DNA of 64,000 nt from a bacterium (GTDB lineage: Bacteria > SAR324 > XYD2-FULL-50-16 > G965216635). The position numbers were made by a program, and so were the translations under genes. The notes under the pieces are model-generated. The model ran no database searches. It was not told the DNA's origin and saw nothing but the letters and a program-made list of their open reading frames with translations. Where the stretch lies: contig OZ244188.1 in assembly GCA_965216635.1 (NCBI GenBank), forward strand, positions 288,001-352,000, read 5' to 3'. Positions 20,530 to 30,541 of this stretch are shown here, piece after piece. Within the stretch, counting starts at the first letter, position 1, and each line of letters starts with the position of its first letter.

Positions 20530-22770
20530 GGAAGTTTTTTTGCTAAAAACTATATTTCATATCTGAAAGAAATTAGTTTTTGCTAAAAATTGTATTTTAT
20601 ACTTTCGGAAAAACAAAAAGAGTAAAAATTTTGCGTTAAGCAAAAACGAACTGCAAAAGAGCCAGTGGCTCTTTTCCAATAATATGTTTGAAATTTAAAG
20701 CAAAAAAGTTTTTTTTGTTAAAAATAATATTTCATGCTTTCGGAAAAGCAAAAAGAGTAAAAATTTAGCGTTAAGCAAAAACGAACTGCAAAAGAGCCAC
20801 TGACTCTTTTGCAATAATATGTTTGAAATTTAAAGCAAAAAGGCGTATTAATGCCTAATTCAATGAGAAATTAAACATTGCAGGGGTTTTTTGCTAAAAA
20901 TTGTATTTTATATTTTCGGAAAAGCAAAAAGAGTAAAAATTTAGCGTTAAGCAAAAACGAACTACAAAAGAGCCAAATGGTTATACCAGTGGCTCTTTTG
21001 CAATAATATATGTTTGAAATTTAAAGCAAAAAGGCGTATTAATGCCTAATTCAATGAGAAATTAAACATTGCAGGGGACATTTGCTAAAAACTATATTTT
21101 TAATCTTTCGGAAAAGCAAAAAGAGTGAAAATTTAGCGTTAAGCAAAAACGAACTGCAAAAGAGCCAAATGGTCATACCAGTGACTCTTTTGCAATAATA
21201 TGTTTGAAATTTAAAGCAAAAAGGCGTATTAATGCCTAATTCAATGAGAAATTAAACATTGCAGGGGCTATTTGCTAAAAACTATATTTTTAATCTTTCG
21301 GAAAAGCAAAAAGAGTAAAAATTTAGCGTTAAGCAAAAACGAACTGCAAAAGAGCCAGTGGCTCTTTTGCAATAATATGTTTGAAATTTAAAGCAAAAAA
21401 GTTTTTTTTACTAAAAATTGTATTTTATACTTTCGGAAAAGCAAAAAGAGTAAAAATTTAGCATTAAGCAAAAACGAACTGCAAAAGAGCCAAATGGTCA
21501 TACCAGTGGCTCTTTTGCAATAATATGTTTGAAATTTAAAGCAAAAAGGCGTATTAATGCCTAATTCAATGAGAAATTAAACATTGCAGGGGTTTTTTGC
21601 TAAAAATTGTATTTTATACTTCCGGAAAAGCAAAAATAGTAAAAATTTAGCGTTAAGCAAAAACGAACTGCAAAAGAGCCACTGACTCTTTTGCAATAAT
21701 ATGTTTGAAATTTAAAGCAAAAAGGCGTATTAATGCCTAATTCAATGAGAAATTAAACATTGCAGGGGTTTTTTGCTAAAAATTGTATTTTATATTTTCG
21801 GAAAAGCAAAAAGAGTAAAAATTTAGCGTTAAGCAAAAACGAACTACAAAAGAGCCACTGGTATGACCATTTGGCTCATACCAGTGGCTCTTTTGCAATA
21901 ATATGTTTGAAATTTAAAGCAAAAAGGCGTATTAATGCCTAATTCAATGAGAAATTAAACATTGCAGGGTTTTTTTTGCTAAAAATTGTATTTTTTACTT
22001 TCGGAAAAGCAAAAAGAGTGAAAATTTAACGTTAAGCAAAAACGAACTGCAAAAGAGCCAAATGGTTATACCAGTGGCTCTTTTGCAATAATATATGTTT
22101 GAAATTTAAAGCAAAAAGGCGTATTAATGCCTAATTCAATGAGAAATTAAACATTGCAGGGGACATTTGCTAAAAACTATATTTTTAATCTTGACAAAGA
22201 ATTTTTTTTTTGCTAAAGACTATATTTTTTACTTGATTCAGAAGTTTTTTTGCTAAAAATTGTATTTTATACTTTCGGAAAAGCAAAAAGAGTAAAAATT
22301 TAGCGTTAAGCAAAAACGAACTGCAAAAGAGCCAGTGGCTCTTTTGCAATAATATGTTTGAAATTTAAAGCAAAAAAGTTTTTTTTACTAAAAATTGTAT
22401 TTTATATTTTCGGAAAAGCAAAAAGAGTAAAAATTTAACGTTAAGCAAAAACGAACTGCAAAAGAGCCAAATGGTTATACCAGTGGCTCTTTTGCAATAA
22501 TATATGTTTGAAATTTAAAGCAAAAAGGCGTATTAATGCCTAATTCAATGAGAAATTAAACATTGCAGGGGCTATTTGCTAAAAACTATATTTTTAATCT
22601 TTCGGAAAAGCAAAAAGAGTAAAAATTTAGCGTTAAGCAAAAACGAACTGCAAAAGAGCCAGTGGCTCTTTTGCAATAATATGTTTGAAATTTAAAGCAA
22701 AAAAGTTTTTTTTGCTAAAGACTATATTTTTTACTTGATTCAGAAGTTTTTTTGCTAAAAATTGTATTTT
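20530..22770. repeat. Array C: 12 structured units (4 truncated) plus ~40-bp sub-repeats
   Basis: Twelve hairpin-bearing units counted by eye. Confidence 0.95.
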
Positions 22771-22774
22771 ATAC

Positions 22775-22802
22775 TTGACAAATAAGTTTTTTTTGCTAAA
22801 CT
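22775..22802 (+). promoter_or_regulatory. Sigma70-type promoter for FHA gene 4
   Basis: TTGACA-16 nt (includes T8)-TAAACT with extended -10 TG. Confidence 0.65.
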
Positions 22803-22826
22803 ATACAAACTTACTTTTTTTTATTA

Positions 22827-22903
22827 TAGACCTTTGAATTTCGCTGATGCGACGGCTGGGCTAAACAGCTAGTTTTGTCCTATTTGGCAAATTCAAAAGT
22901 TTA
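22827..22903. mobile_element. 77-bp MITE in FHA gene 4 leader
   Basis: Terminal inverted repeats (extra mismatch at the right end); TATTA / TATTA flanks. Confidence 0.8.
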
Positions 22904-22934
22904 TATTATTAAAAATCAACCTAATCGTATAATT

Positions 22935-25900
22935 ATGAAAAAAATACTACCCTTATTACTGTTGTTTGTTTTGAGTATCCCCTTTATTAAAAGCAATGTT
23001 GTTTTTGCTCAAGCAACAATTGATATAGCAACACCTTATGCAAACGGGCTTTCTAACAATCAAGTTGCCGATTTTGATGTCAACGCAGATGGAGCTATTT
23101 TAAACAATAGCGCAGCTGGAGGCACAGCCCAGCTAAGCGATACAGCAGTCAGCGCCAATCCCAATATTACAGCAGGTAGAGAAGCAGAACTTATTCTATT
23201 CCAAGTAACAGGAAGCACTACTAGTGAGTTAGGCGGAAAAATAGAAGTATTTGGTAGTGAAGCAGGATTAATTATAGCCAATCCGAATGGAATCACCTGT
23301 AGTGGTTGCGGCTTTATCAATGCTAGCAAGGTAGATCTAGTTACAGGCACAGCCAATATTACAGCTGGCAACGATTTGACTGATTTTAGTATAGACGGTA
23401 ACGCACAACTCCGTGCGAGCACAACAGGAGGAGGCTTTTTAAGCGATAGCGATGCTTTGGTAGACGAATTAAACTTAGTGTCTCGTTACATAAGAGCTGA
23501 GGATTCCGCTCAAATCAAAGCTAACGATACTTTAAGAATTTTAGCTGGAAATGAAACTTACAATCCATACAACAATACTATTACTTCTAGTTCTCTTTTA
23601 AATCCCAGCACAAATCCAATAGATTTAGCATCTAATAGCAACCTAGAAGCAAACTCCATTGAACTAATAAACACAGAAATTTCAACTTCTTATGGTATTT
23701 ACAATAGAGCAAACATATCTGCTGACACACTAAGGATAGATTCAAGGGGCTATTTCCGAAATCGCAATTCCGCAACGATTAACGCGAATAGCTTCAATGT
23801 CACAACTGGAACTGGCTTTCAAAATAGAGATTTAGTAACGATTAACGCAGATAGTTTTAATGTTACAACTGGAACTGGCTTTAGCAACAGCCATTCCGCA
23901 ACGATTAACGCAGGTAGCCTTGATGTCACAACTGGAACTCAATTTGCCAACTACATCGCAACGATTAACGCAGATAGTTTTAATGTTACAGCTGGAACTT
24001 GGTTTCGCAATAACAATTCCGCAATAATCGCAGATAGTTTTAATGTTACAATTGGAACTTACTTTGACAATGCAAATCACGCAACGATTAACACAGATAA
24101 CTTTAATGTTACGGTAGGAGATAACTTTACCAATTATAATTCCGCAACGATTAACGCAGTTAGCTTTAATGTTACCGCTGGAGATGATTTTTTAAACCGC
24201 ACTTCCGCAAGGATTGACGCAGATAACGTGACGATTGAAGTAACGGACTTTGCTGCTGATATTGAAAACACCGCAACTGTTGCAGCAGATACTTTAAATT
24301 TTATTCTCACCAATGATTTCAGCAGCGATAGCAGCTCTTTTAGTGGTTTTACTTTCAATAATTTAGGAGTTTCTACAGACGGTTATTTTGATAATCAAGC
24401 CGACCTAGTTGTGGATAGTTTCAATGTCATAACTGGAACTATATTTCAGAACCAAGCAACGATTAACGCAGATAACTTCAATGTCGCAGCTGGAACTGAC
24501 TTTCAAAATATAAATTCCGCAACGATTAACGCAGATAACTTCAATGTCACAGCTGGAGATGGGTTTAGCAATTACGATTCCGCAACGATTAACGCAGATA
24601 ACGTGAATGTTACGGTTACAGGTGACTTTGGAAACTACGCTAGCATTAACGCCGCTACCCTTTTGAATATCACATTGACTGACGCAGCTGGTAGTTTTTC
24701 TAATACTGGCGGAGTAGCTAGTGCAGATATTTTCAATCTTTCTATAGCAGGCGATTTTGACGATACGAATAGAGGCACTATTAATTCTAACAGTTTCAAT
24801 CTCAATGTTGGTGGTGATTTTAGCAACAACGATGCAAACAACGATTTTACTTGGGGCGAAAATAATAGCCTCAATGTGACTGGAACTGCTTCTGTTTTTG
24901 CAAATAGTTTTAATAATAGCGGAACTCTAAATGCTAATAGCTTTGATATTACAGCAACGGATCTTACTAACACTGGAACTATTAGTGCTAATACTACTTT
25001 GAATACAACATTGAGTAGCACAGCAAGTAACAGTTTTTCTAATACTGGCGGAGTAGCTAGTGCAGATATTTTCAATCTTTCTGTAGCGGGCGATCTTGAT
25101 TATACTAATAGAGGGACTATTAATACTAACAACTTCAATCTCAATGTTGGTGGTGATTTTAGCAACAACGATGCAGCTAACGATTTCACTTGGGGTGAAA
25201 ATAATAGCCTTAGTGTGACTGGAACTGCTTCTGTTTTTGCAAATAGTTTTAATAATAGCGGAACCCTAAATGCTAATGGCTTTGATATTACAGCAACGGA
25301 TCTTACTAACACTGGAACTATTAGTGTTAATACTACTTTGAATACAACATTGAGTAGCACAGCAAGTAACAGTTTTGATAATAATGGAGGAGTAGCTAGT
25401 GCAGATACATTCAATCTTTCTGTAGCGGGAGATCTTGATTATATTAGCGATTTTCTAAACAATGGAACTATTAATTCTAACAGCTTCAATCTCAATGTAG
25501 GTGGTAATTTTAGCAACAACGATGCAAACAATGATTTTATTTGGGGTAAAAATAATAGCCTTACTGTGACTGGAACTGCTTCTGTTATTGCAAATAGTTT
25601 TAATAATAGCGGAACTCTAAATGCTAATAGCTTTGATATTACAGCAACGGATCTTACTAACACTGGAACTATTAGTGCTAATACTACTTTGAATACAACA
25701 TTGAGTAGCACAGCAAGTAACAGTTTTTCTAATACTGGCGGAATTGCTAGTGCAGATACATTCAATCTTTCTGTAGGCGGTGATTTTGACTATGTTGCTG
25801 ATAGAGGAACGATTAATACTAACAGCTTCAATCTCAATGTAGGTGGTAATTTTAGCAACAACGATGCGGCTAACGATTTTAATTGGGGTGCAAATAATAG

Positions 25901-27653
25901 CCTTACTGTGACTGGAACTGCTTCTGTTATTGCAAATAATTTTAATAATAGCGGAACCCTAAATGCTAATAGCTTTGATATTACAGCAACGGATCTTACT
26001 AACACTGGAACTATTAGTGCTAATACTACTTTGAATACAACATTGAGTAGCACAGCAAGTAACAGTTTTTCTAATACTGGAGGAGTAGCTAGTGCAGATA
26101 CTTTCAATCTTTCTGTAGCGGGTGATTTTGACTATGTTGCTGATAGAGGGACTATTAATACTAACAACTTCAATCTCAATGTTGGCGGTAATTTTAGCAA
26201 CAACGATGCAACCAATGATTTCACTTGGGGTGAAAATAATAGCCTTAATGTGACTGGAACTGCTTCTGTTTTTGCAAATAGTTTTAATAATAGCGGAACT
26301 CTAAATGCTAATAGCTTTGATATTACAGCAACGGATCTTACTAACACTGGAACTATTAGTGTTAATACTACTTTAAATACAACATTGAGTAGTAATGCAA
26401 GTAACAGTTTTTCTAATACTGGAGGAGTAGCTAGTGCAGATACATTCAATCTTTCTGTAGCGGGTGATTTTGACTATGTTGCTGATAGAGGAACTATTAA
26501 TACTAACAGCTTCAATCTCAATGTTGGTGGTAATTTTAGCAACAACGATGCAGCCAATGATTTTACTTGGGGTGCAAACAATAGTTTAGTTGTGTCTGGA
26601 AATGCTGATATTACCACAAGAAATTTTACTCAATCTGGTGCAGTAGATGTTAATGGAATTTTGACTATTAATGCGAATAGGTTTGTTTATAGAGATACAA
26701 ACAATGATTTTACTTTGGGTGCAAACGATAGTTTAGTTGTGTCTGGAGATGTTGATATTGCCACAATAAATTTTACTAATACTGGCGGAGTGGTTAGTGC
26801 CGATACTTTAAATATAACAGCAGAGGCTCTTATTCGTAATGCTGGAACTATTACTACTAATGCTTTGACTATTGATACAGATAGCATTCATAATGCAGGA
26901 AATATTACCGCCACCTATTTGGCTATCACAGCAATAAATGATGTTTTTTCAGGGGGAAGCATCACAACTTCTACTTTGAATGTTGATACTGGAAGGAACT
27001 TTGCCAACCACGGAGATATTATTGCTAATAACTCTTTTGAAATCACCTCTGGAAATACAGTTCAAAACCACGGATCTATTGTTTCTGATAGCTTAGATAT
27101 AACTGTAGCGGATTATTTTAGAAACTTAAAAGGCGGGGATATTAATGTAGCTACTTTAAATATCACAGCTGGAGGCAAGGTTACAAATATAGCTACTATT
27201 ACTGCTGGAACTTTGAATATTACAGCAAAGAATGACTCCTCCAGAACAGACGATACGACAGGCTTTTATGTTGCTAACCGAGGAGATATTCAGGCAAATA
27301 CTCTAAACATAACAGCAGCAGATAATTTTTATAACCGAGGAGATATTAACGCAAATACTTCCGAGATCACTGCAAAAAATATTTTTTTCCTTAATACAGA
27401 AATAGCTAGTTTTTATGCTTCTGGAGGCACTTATGATGGTGGAGATATTTCTCTAAACGGGGATTCTAGTTTTACAGCTACTGACAGACTGGTTAACTAC
27501 GGATTGATAGATCTCAATGATTCTAATTTAGATATTACAGCGGAGACATTTATCAATCAAGAAGACGCTACCATTGATGCTGCTACATTAAACCTCAATG
27601 TTAACTCCTTCATTGATGAGGGCACTATTACTGCCATAACCAACAATCAATAG
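22935..27653 (+). CDS. Filamentous haemagglutinin-like protein 4
   Basis: Signal peptide, TPS motifs, ~114-117 aa block repeated about 5-6 times; start reassigned from 22875. Confidence 0.85.
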   Translation: MKKILPLLLLFVLSIPFIKSNVVFAQATIDIATPYANGLSNNQVADFDVNADGAILNNSAAGGTAQLSDTAVSANPNITAGREAELILFQVTGSTTSELGGKIEVFGSEAGLIIANPNGITCSGCGFINASKVDLVTGTANITAGNDLTDFSIDGNAQLRASTTGGGFLSDSDALVDELNLVSRYIRAEDSAQIKANDTLRILAGNETYNPYNNTITSSSLLNPSTNPIDLASNSNLEANSIELINTEISTSYGIYNRANISADTLRIDSRGYFRNRNSATINANSFNVTTGTGFQNRDLVTINADSFNVTTGTGFSNSHSATINAGSLDVTTGTQFANYIATINADSFNVTAGTWFRNNNSAIIADSFNVTIGTYFDNANHATINTDNFNVTVGDNFTNYNSATINAVSFNVTAGDDFLNRTSARIDADNVTIEVTDFAADIENTATVAADTLNFILTNDFSSDSSSFSGFTFNNLGVSTDGYFDNQADLVVDSFNVITGTIFQNQATINADNFNVAAGTDFQNINSATINADNFNVTAGDGFSNYDSATINADNVNVTVTGDFGNYASINAATLLNITLTDAAGSFSNTGGVASADIFNLSIAGDFDDTNRGTINSNSFNLNVGGDFSNNDANNDFTWGENNSLNVTGTASVFANSFNNSGTLNANSFDITATDLTNTGTISANTTLNTTLSSTASNSFSNTGGVASADIFNLSVAGDLDYTNRGTINTNNFNLNVGGDFSNNDAANDFTWGENNSLSVTGTASVFANSFNNSGTLNANGFDITATDLTNTGTISVNTTLNTTLSSTASNSFDNNGGVASADTFNLSVAGDLDYISDFLNNGTINSNSFNLNVGGNFSNNDANNDFIWGKNNSLTVTGTASVIANSFNNSGTLNANSFDITATDLTNTGTISANTTLNTTLSSTASNSFSNTGGIASADTFNLSVGGDFDYVADRGTINTNSFNLNVGGNFSNNDAANDFNWGANNSLTVTGTASVIANNFNNSGTLNANSFDITATDLTNTGTISANTTLNTTLSSTASNSFSNTGGVASADTFNLSVAGDFDYVADRGTINTNNFNLNVGGNFSNNDATNDFTWGENNSLNVTGTASVFANSFNNSGTLNANSFDITATDLTNTGTISVNTTLNTTLSSNASNSFSNTGGVASADTFNLSVAGDFDYVADRGTINTNSFNLNVGGNFSNNDAANDFTWGANNSLVVSGNADITTRNFTQSGAVDVNGILTINANRFVYRDTNNDFTLGANDSLVVSGDVDIATINFTNTGGVVSADTLNITAEALIRNAGTITTNALTIDTDSIHNAGNITATYLAITAINDVFSGGSITTSTLNVDTGRNFANHGDIIANNSFEITSGNTVQNHGSIVSDSLDITVADYFRNLKGGDINVATLNITAGGKVTNIATITAGTLNITAKNDSSRTDDTTGFYVANRGDIQANTLNITAADNFYNRGDINANTSEITAKNIFFLNTEIASFYASGGTYDGGDISLNGDSSFTATDRLVNYGLIDLNDSNLDITAETFINQEDATIDAATLNLNVNSFIDEGTITAITNNQ

Positions 27654-27907
27654 AGTATTAGTTCGGTTTTATCCTTAAAATAAAGGAAAAAGCTTATACC
27701 AACTACTTTCCATACAGGCTATAGAAAAAGCACTTTTTCTACGCCATTAAATAAAAATTCAACACACAGCAAAGAAAAAATTCAGCACACAGCAAAGACG
27801 AAGTGCAAACTGGAATTTTTTAAGGAAAAACTACCTGACAAGGAAGTTTTTTTACTAAAAACTATATTTACTACATTTCTTGTTTTGATTTTAGACTGGA
27901 ATAGATT

Positions 27908-28124
27908 ACTGGCTTTTTCTGGCTGGCTTCTTCTTGCTGGCTTTTTCTGGCTGGCTTCCTACTAGCTTCTCCTTATTGGCTTTTTCTGGCTGGCTTCTTC
28001 TTGCTGGCTTTTTCTGGCTGGCTTCCTACTAGCTTCTCCTTATTGGCTTTTTCTTACTGGTTTCTTCTTACTGGTTTCTTCCTACTGGCTTTTTCTGGCT
28101 GGCTTCTTCTTGCTGGCTTTTTCT
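27908..28124. repeat. Pyrimidine-rich minisatellite (CTGGCTTTTTCT / CTGGCTTCTTCTT)
   Basis: Short degenerate units plus an exact duplication of period 67 (27911 vs 27978). Confidence 0.85.
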
Positions 28125-28164
28125 AAAGTTAAAATATGGCTCTGTAAAATTAGGCTAAAAAATC

Positions 28165-29367
28165 CTAACTCACAGCGTAAGCTTTTTTTTCTTGGATAGG
28201 GAGATGGAGCAAGCCCGCTATAATTGCTAAAGTTATTCCTATTTTCCAGATAGAGTCGTAGCTTTGGAATCTATCATAAACCCAGCCCCCCAACCAGATT
28301 CCGCTAAAACTTCCTAACTGATGTCCTAAAAATACTACTCCATAGAGCAAAGCCATATACCTGCTACCAAACATAGCTACTACCAACCCTGCTGTAGGCG
28401 GAATTGTAGCTAGCCATAAAAGCCCCATAGCAATGCTAAAAAATACTACCGAAAGTAAAGAAATAGGGACAAACAAAAAAAGAGCAATTACGAGTGCACG
28501 AGAAAAATAGATACAGCTCAAAAGGTAGTTTTTCGAAAATTTTCCAGAAAGCATTCCCGAAAGAAAAGAGCCAGCGATATTAAACAAACCAATAAGTGCG
28601 ATGCTCAAAACTCCTACTTGAATATCAAAGCCTTTATCGGTTAAAAAAACAGGCAAATGCACTGTGATAAAAGCTACATGGAAGCCACACACAAAAAAGC
28701 CAGCGATCAATAAAACAAATGGATAGTAGCAAAAAGCCTCTTTGAGCGTTTGGATAATAGATTTATCTTCTGTGCTTGAAAATTGTGCCTCTATTTTTCC
28801 AGAATAGGGTAGTAGTGGTATGGCTAGTAAAGCCATCAGTAAGGCAGAAGCAGAAAGAATATGCAAGGCACTGACCCAACCAAAAACGTCTACAAATGTT
28901 TGAGAAAAAGGCACTACAATAAACTGTCCAAGTGAACCAGCTGCTGTTCCCAAGCCTAAAACTAGAGACCGATTTTTTTCCCCTACGGCTCTTGCCATTG
29001 CTGGTAAAATAATCCCAAAACTTGTTCCTCCAATACCAGCTCCTACCAGTACTGCTGTAAAATAAAGAGGTAAAGGCTCGCTTGCGATGGTAATTAAAGC
29101 CATTCCCGAAGCATACAACACCACAGAACCTACAACTACTCGGACATTACCAAATCTATCTGCCAATCCTCCCCCAAATAATCCAAAAATTCCCCAACAA
29201 AGGCTTTGAATAGCAAAAGAAAACGAAATCACCTCGCGCCCCCACTGGTGAGTTTCACTAATCGGAGCTACAAACAAGCCAAAACTTGTCTGATAACCAC
29301 GAGATAGCAATAATAATAAGCAAGAAGACAACAATACAAACCACAGGGCTTTTTTTTCTGGTTTCAT
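28165..29367 (-). CDS. MFS transporter
   Basis: GGLADRFGNVRV motif A and about 12 TM segments; start reassigned from 29469, which lies in the MITE. Confidence 0.9.
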   Translation of the reverse strand: MKPEKKALWFVLLSSCLLLLLSRGYQTSFGLFVAPISETHQWGREVISFSFAIQSLCWGIFGLFGGGLADRFGNVRVVVGSVVLYASGMALITIASEPLPLYFTAVLVGAGIGGTSFGIILPAMARAVGEKNRSLVLGLGTAAGSLGQFIVVPFSQTFVDVFGWVSALHILSASALLMALLAIPLLPYSGKIEAQFSSTEDKSIIQTLKEAFCYYPFVLLIAGFFVCGFHVAFITVHLPVFLTDKGFDIQVGVLSIALIGLFNIAGSFLSGMLSGKFSKNYLLSCIYFSRALVIALFLFVPISLLSVVFFSIAMGLLWLATIPPTAGLVVAMFGSRYMALLYGVVFLGHQLGSFSGIWLGGWVYDRFQSYDSIWKIGITLAIIAGLLHLPIQEKKAYAVS

Positions 29368-29440
29368 TTTGTTAGCTGCTTTTGATGGGGAAAGTAGTAA
29401 GGAGATAAGATTTTTGCGAGAAAAAGACCCATAAATTATA

Positions 29441-29710
29441 TAGACCTTTGAATTTGACAAATAGGACAAAACTAGCTGTGACGGCTAGCCAAATGGTTAG
29501 AACAGGTGCAAAAAATTTTTTTAGCTCGCTGGAATATCGTAGTGAAAAACACCACAAAACTTGCATAATTCTCAAAAAGAAATGTAAAAGTGCCAAAAGG
29601 CACTTTTACTATAGCCCTTAAGAGATAGATAGCAGTAAGAGAGTATTTCAAGAGTTAAAAAAAAATTTTAACGCTGCATAGGCTAAACAAAACGCAAATT
29701 CAAAAGTCTA
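29441..29710. mobile_element. ~270-bp MITE (longest copy)
   Basis: TAGACCTTTGAATTTG...CAAATTCAAAAGTCTA; TTATA / TTATA flanks; central GTAAAAGTGCC..GGCACTTTTAC hairpin. Confidence 0.85.
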
Positions 29711-29741
29711 TTATATTATGGGCATCAAATCTACTCCCCTA

Positions 29742-30218
29742 TTATTTCATTGCATTAGCAGCGCTTGCCGCACATTTTGCGTCATTGCTTGGGCTACTAC
29801 CTGCTACGCCTACTCCTCCCACTAAAGTTTTACCGCTAAAAACAGGTTCTCCGCCCGGTATTCCTAAAATTCCCGGAAACTGCTTAAAGAACGGTGCTTT
29901 ATTCATTATCTCGTTCACTTTACCTGTAGGCAAAGCCCAAGAAAGAGAAGTATTGGCTTTCAAGCTAGCTCCTTTGTAAGAAGCAGGCAAGGCTCCGTCC
30001 ATTCTAGCAGAGGCAACAACATCTTCCCCTCTGTCTATCACCACAATAGACATACTCCATTTATTTTTTTCAGCCATAGAAAGACAGGCTTGCAATCCTT
30101 TTTGAGATTTCTTATGAGATAAGTAATCTCGGCTTTGTGCAGTAGTAAGACTTACAAAGCTAAACAATAAGACGCAGATGATTCCTGCGACTAAACATTT
30201 TTTAATGTATTTTTTCAT
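29742..30218 (-). CDS. GlcG/HbpS (DUF336) heme-binding family protein with signal peptide
   Basis: SIVVIDRG..ARMDGA, KANTS, GGEPVF..GGVGVAG..D..CA. Confidence 0.85.
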   Translation of the reverse strand: MKKYIKKCLVAGIICVLLFSFVSLTTAQSRDYLSHKKSQKGLQACLSMAEKNKWSMSIVVIDRGEDVVASARMDGALPASYKGASLKANTSLSWALPTGKVNEIMNKAPFFKQFPGILGIPGGEPVFSGKTLVGGVGVAGSSPSNDAKCAASAANAMK

Positions 30219-30541
30219 TGTACTATATATAGTAGGTTAAAATATAAATAAGAATAAATTCTTATTTTTTGATAATATAAAATCATACAATCAATAATTG
30301 ATTTTGTCAAATTTTAAACGCCGTGTTTTGTTGAAAATCAATATTGTGGAATTCTTGTAACCTATGCAAGAATTTAAAAATTATAGGTGCGGAATAAACT
30401 ACCAGCTCGTTTTACGAAATTCCCTATTATACACAAATTCTGTATTTAATAAAATTTTTATCTAAAAACCCTGTGATGCTATTTGTCTTGCAATTATAAG
30501 GAAAAAATAGTACTTATATTCTGTAAAATACTTAAAAACTG

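Noticed and set aside
4763..27653. CdiA contact-dependent inhibition toxins
   Set aside because: Conserved C-termini, no pre-toxin motif, no immunity ORFs
27908..28124. Histone H1-like KKPARK gene on the minus strand
   Set aside because: Frames are interrupted by stops and there is no clear start; treated as a minisatellite
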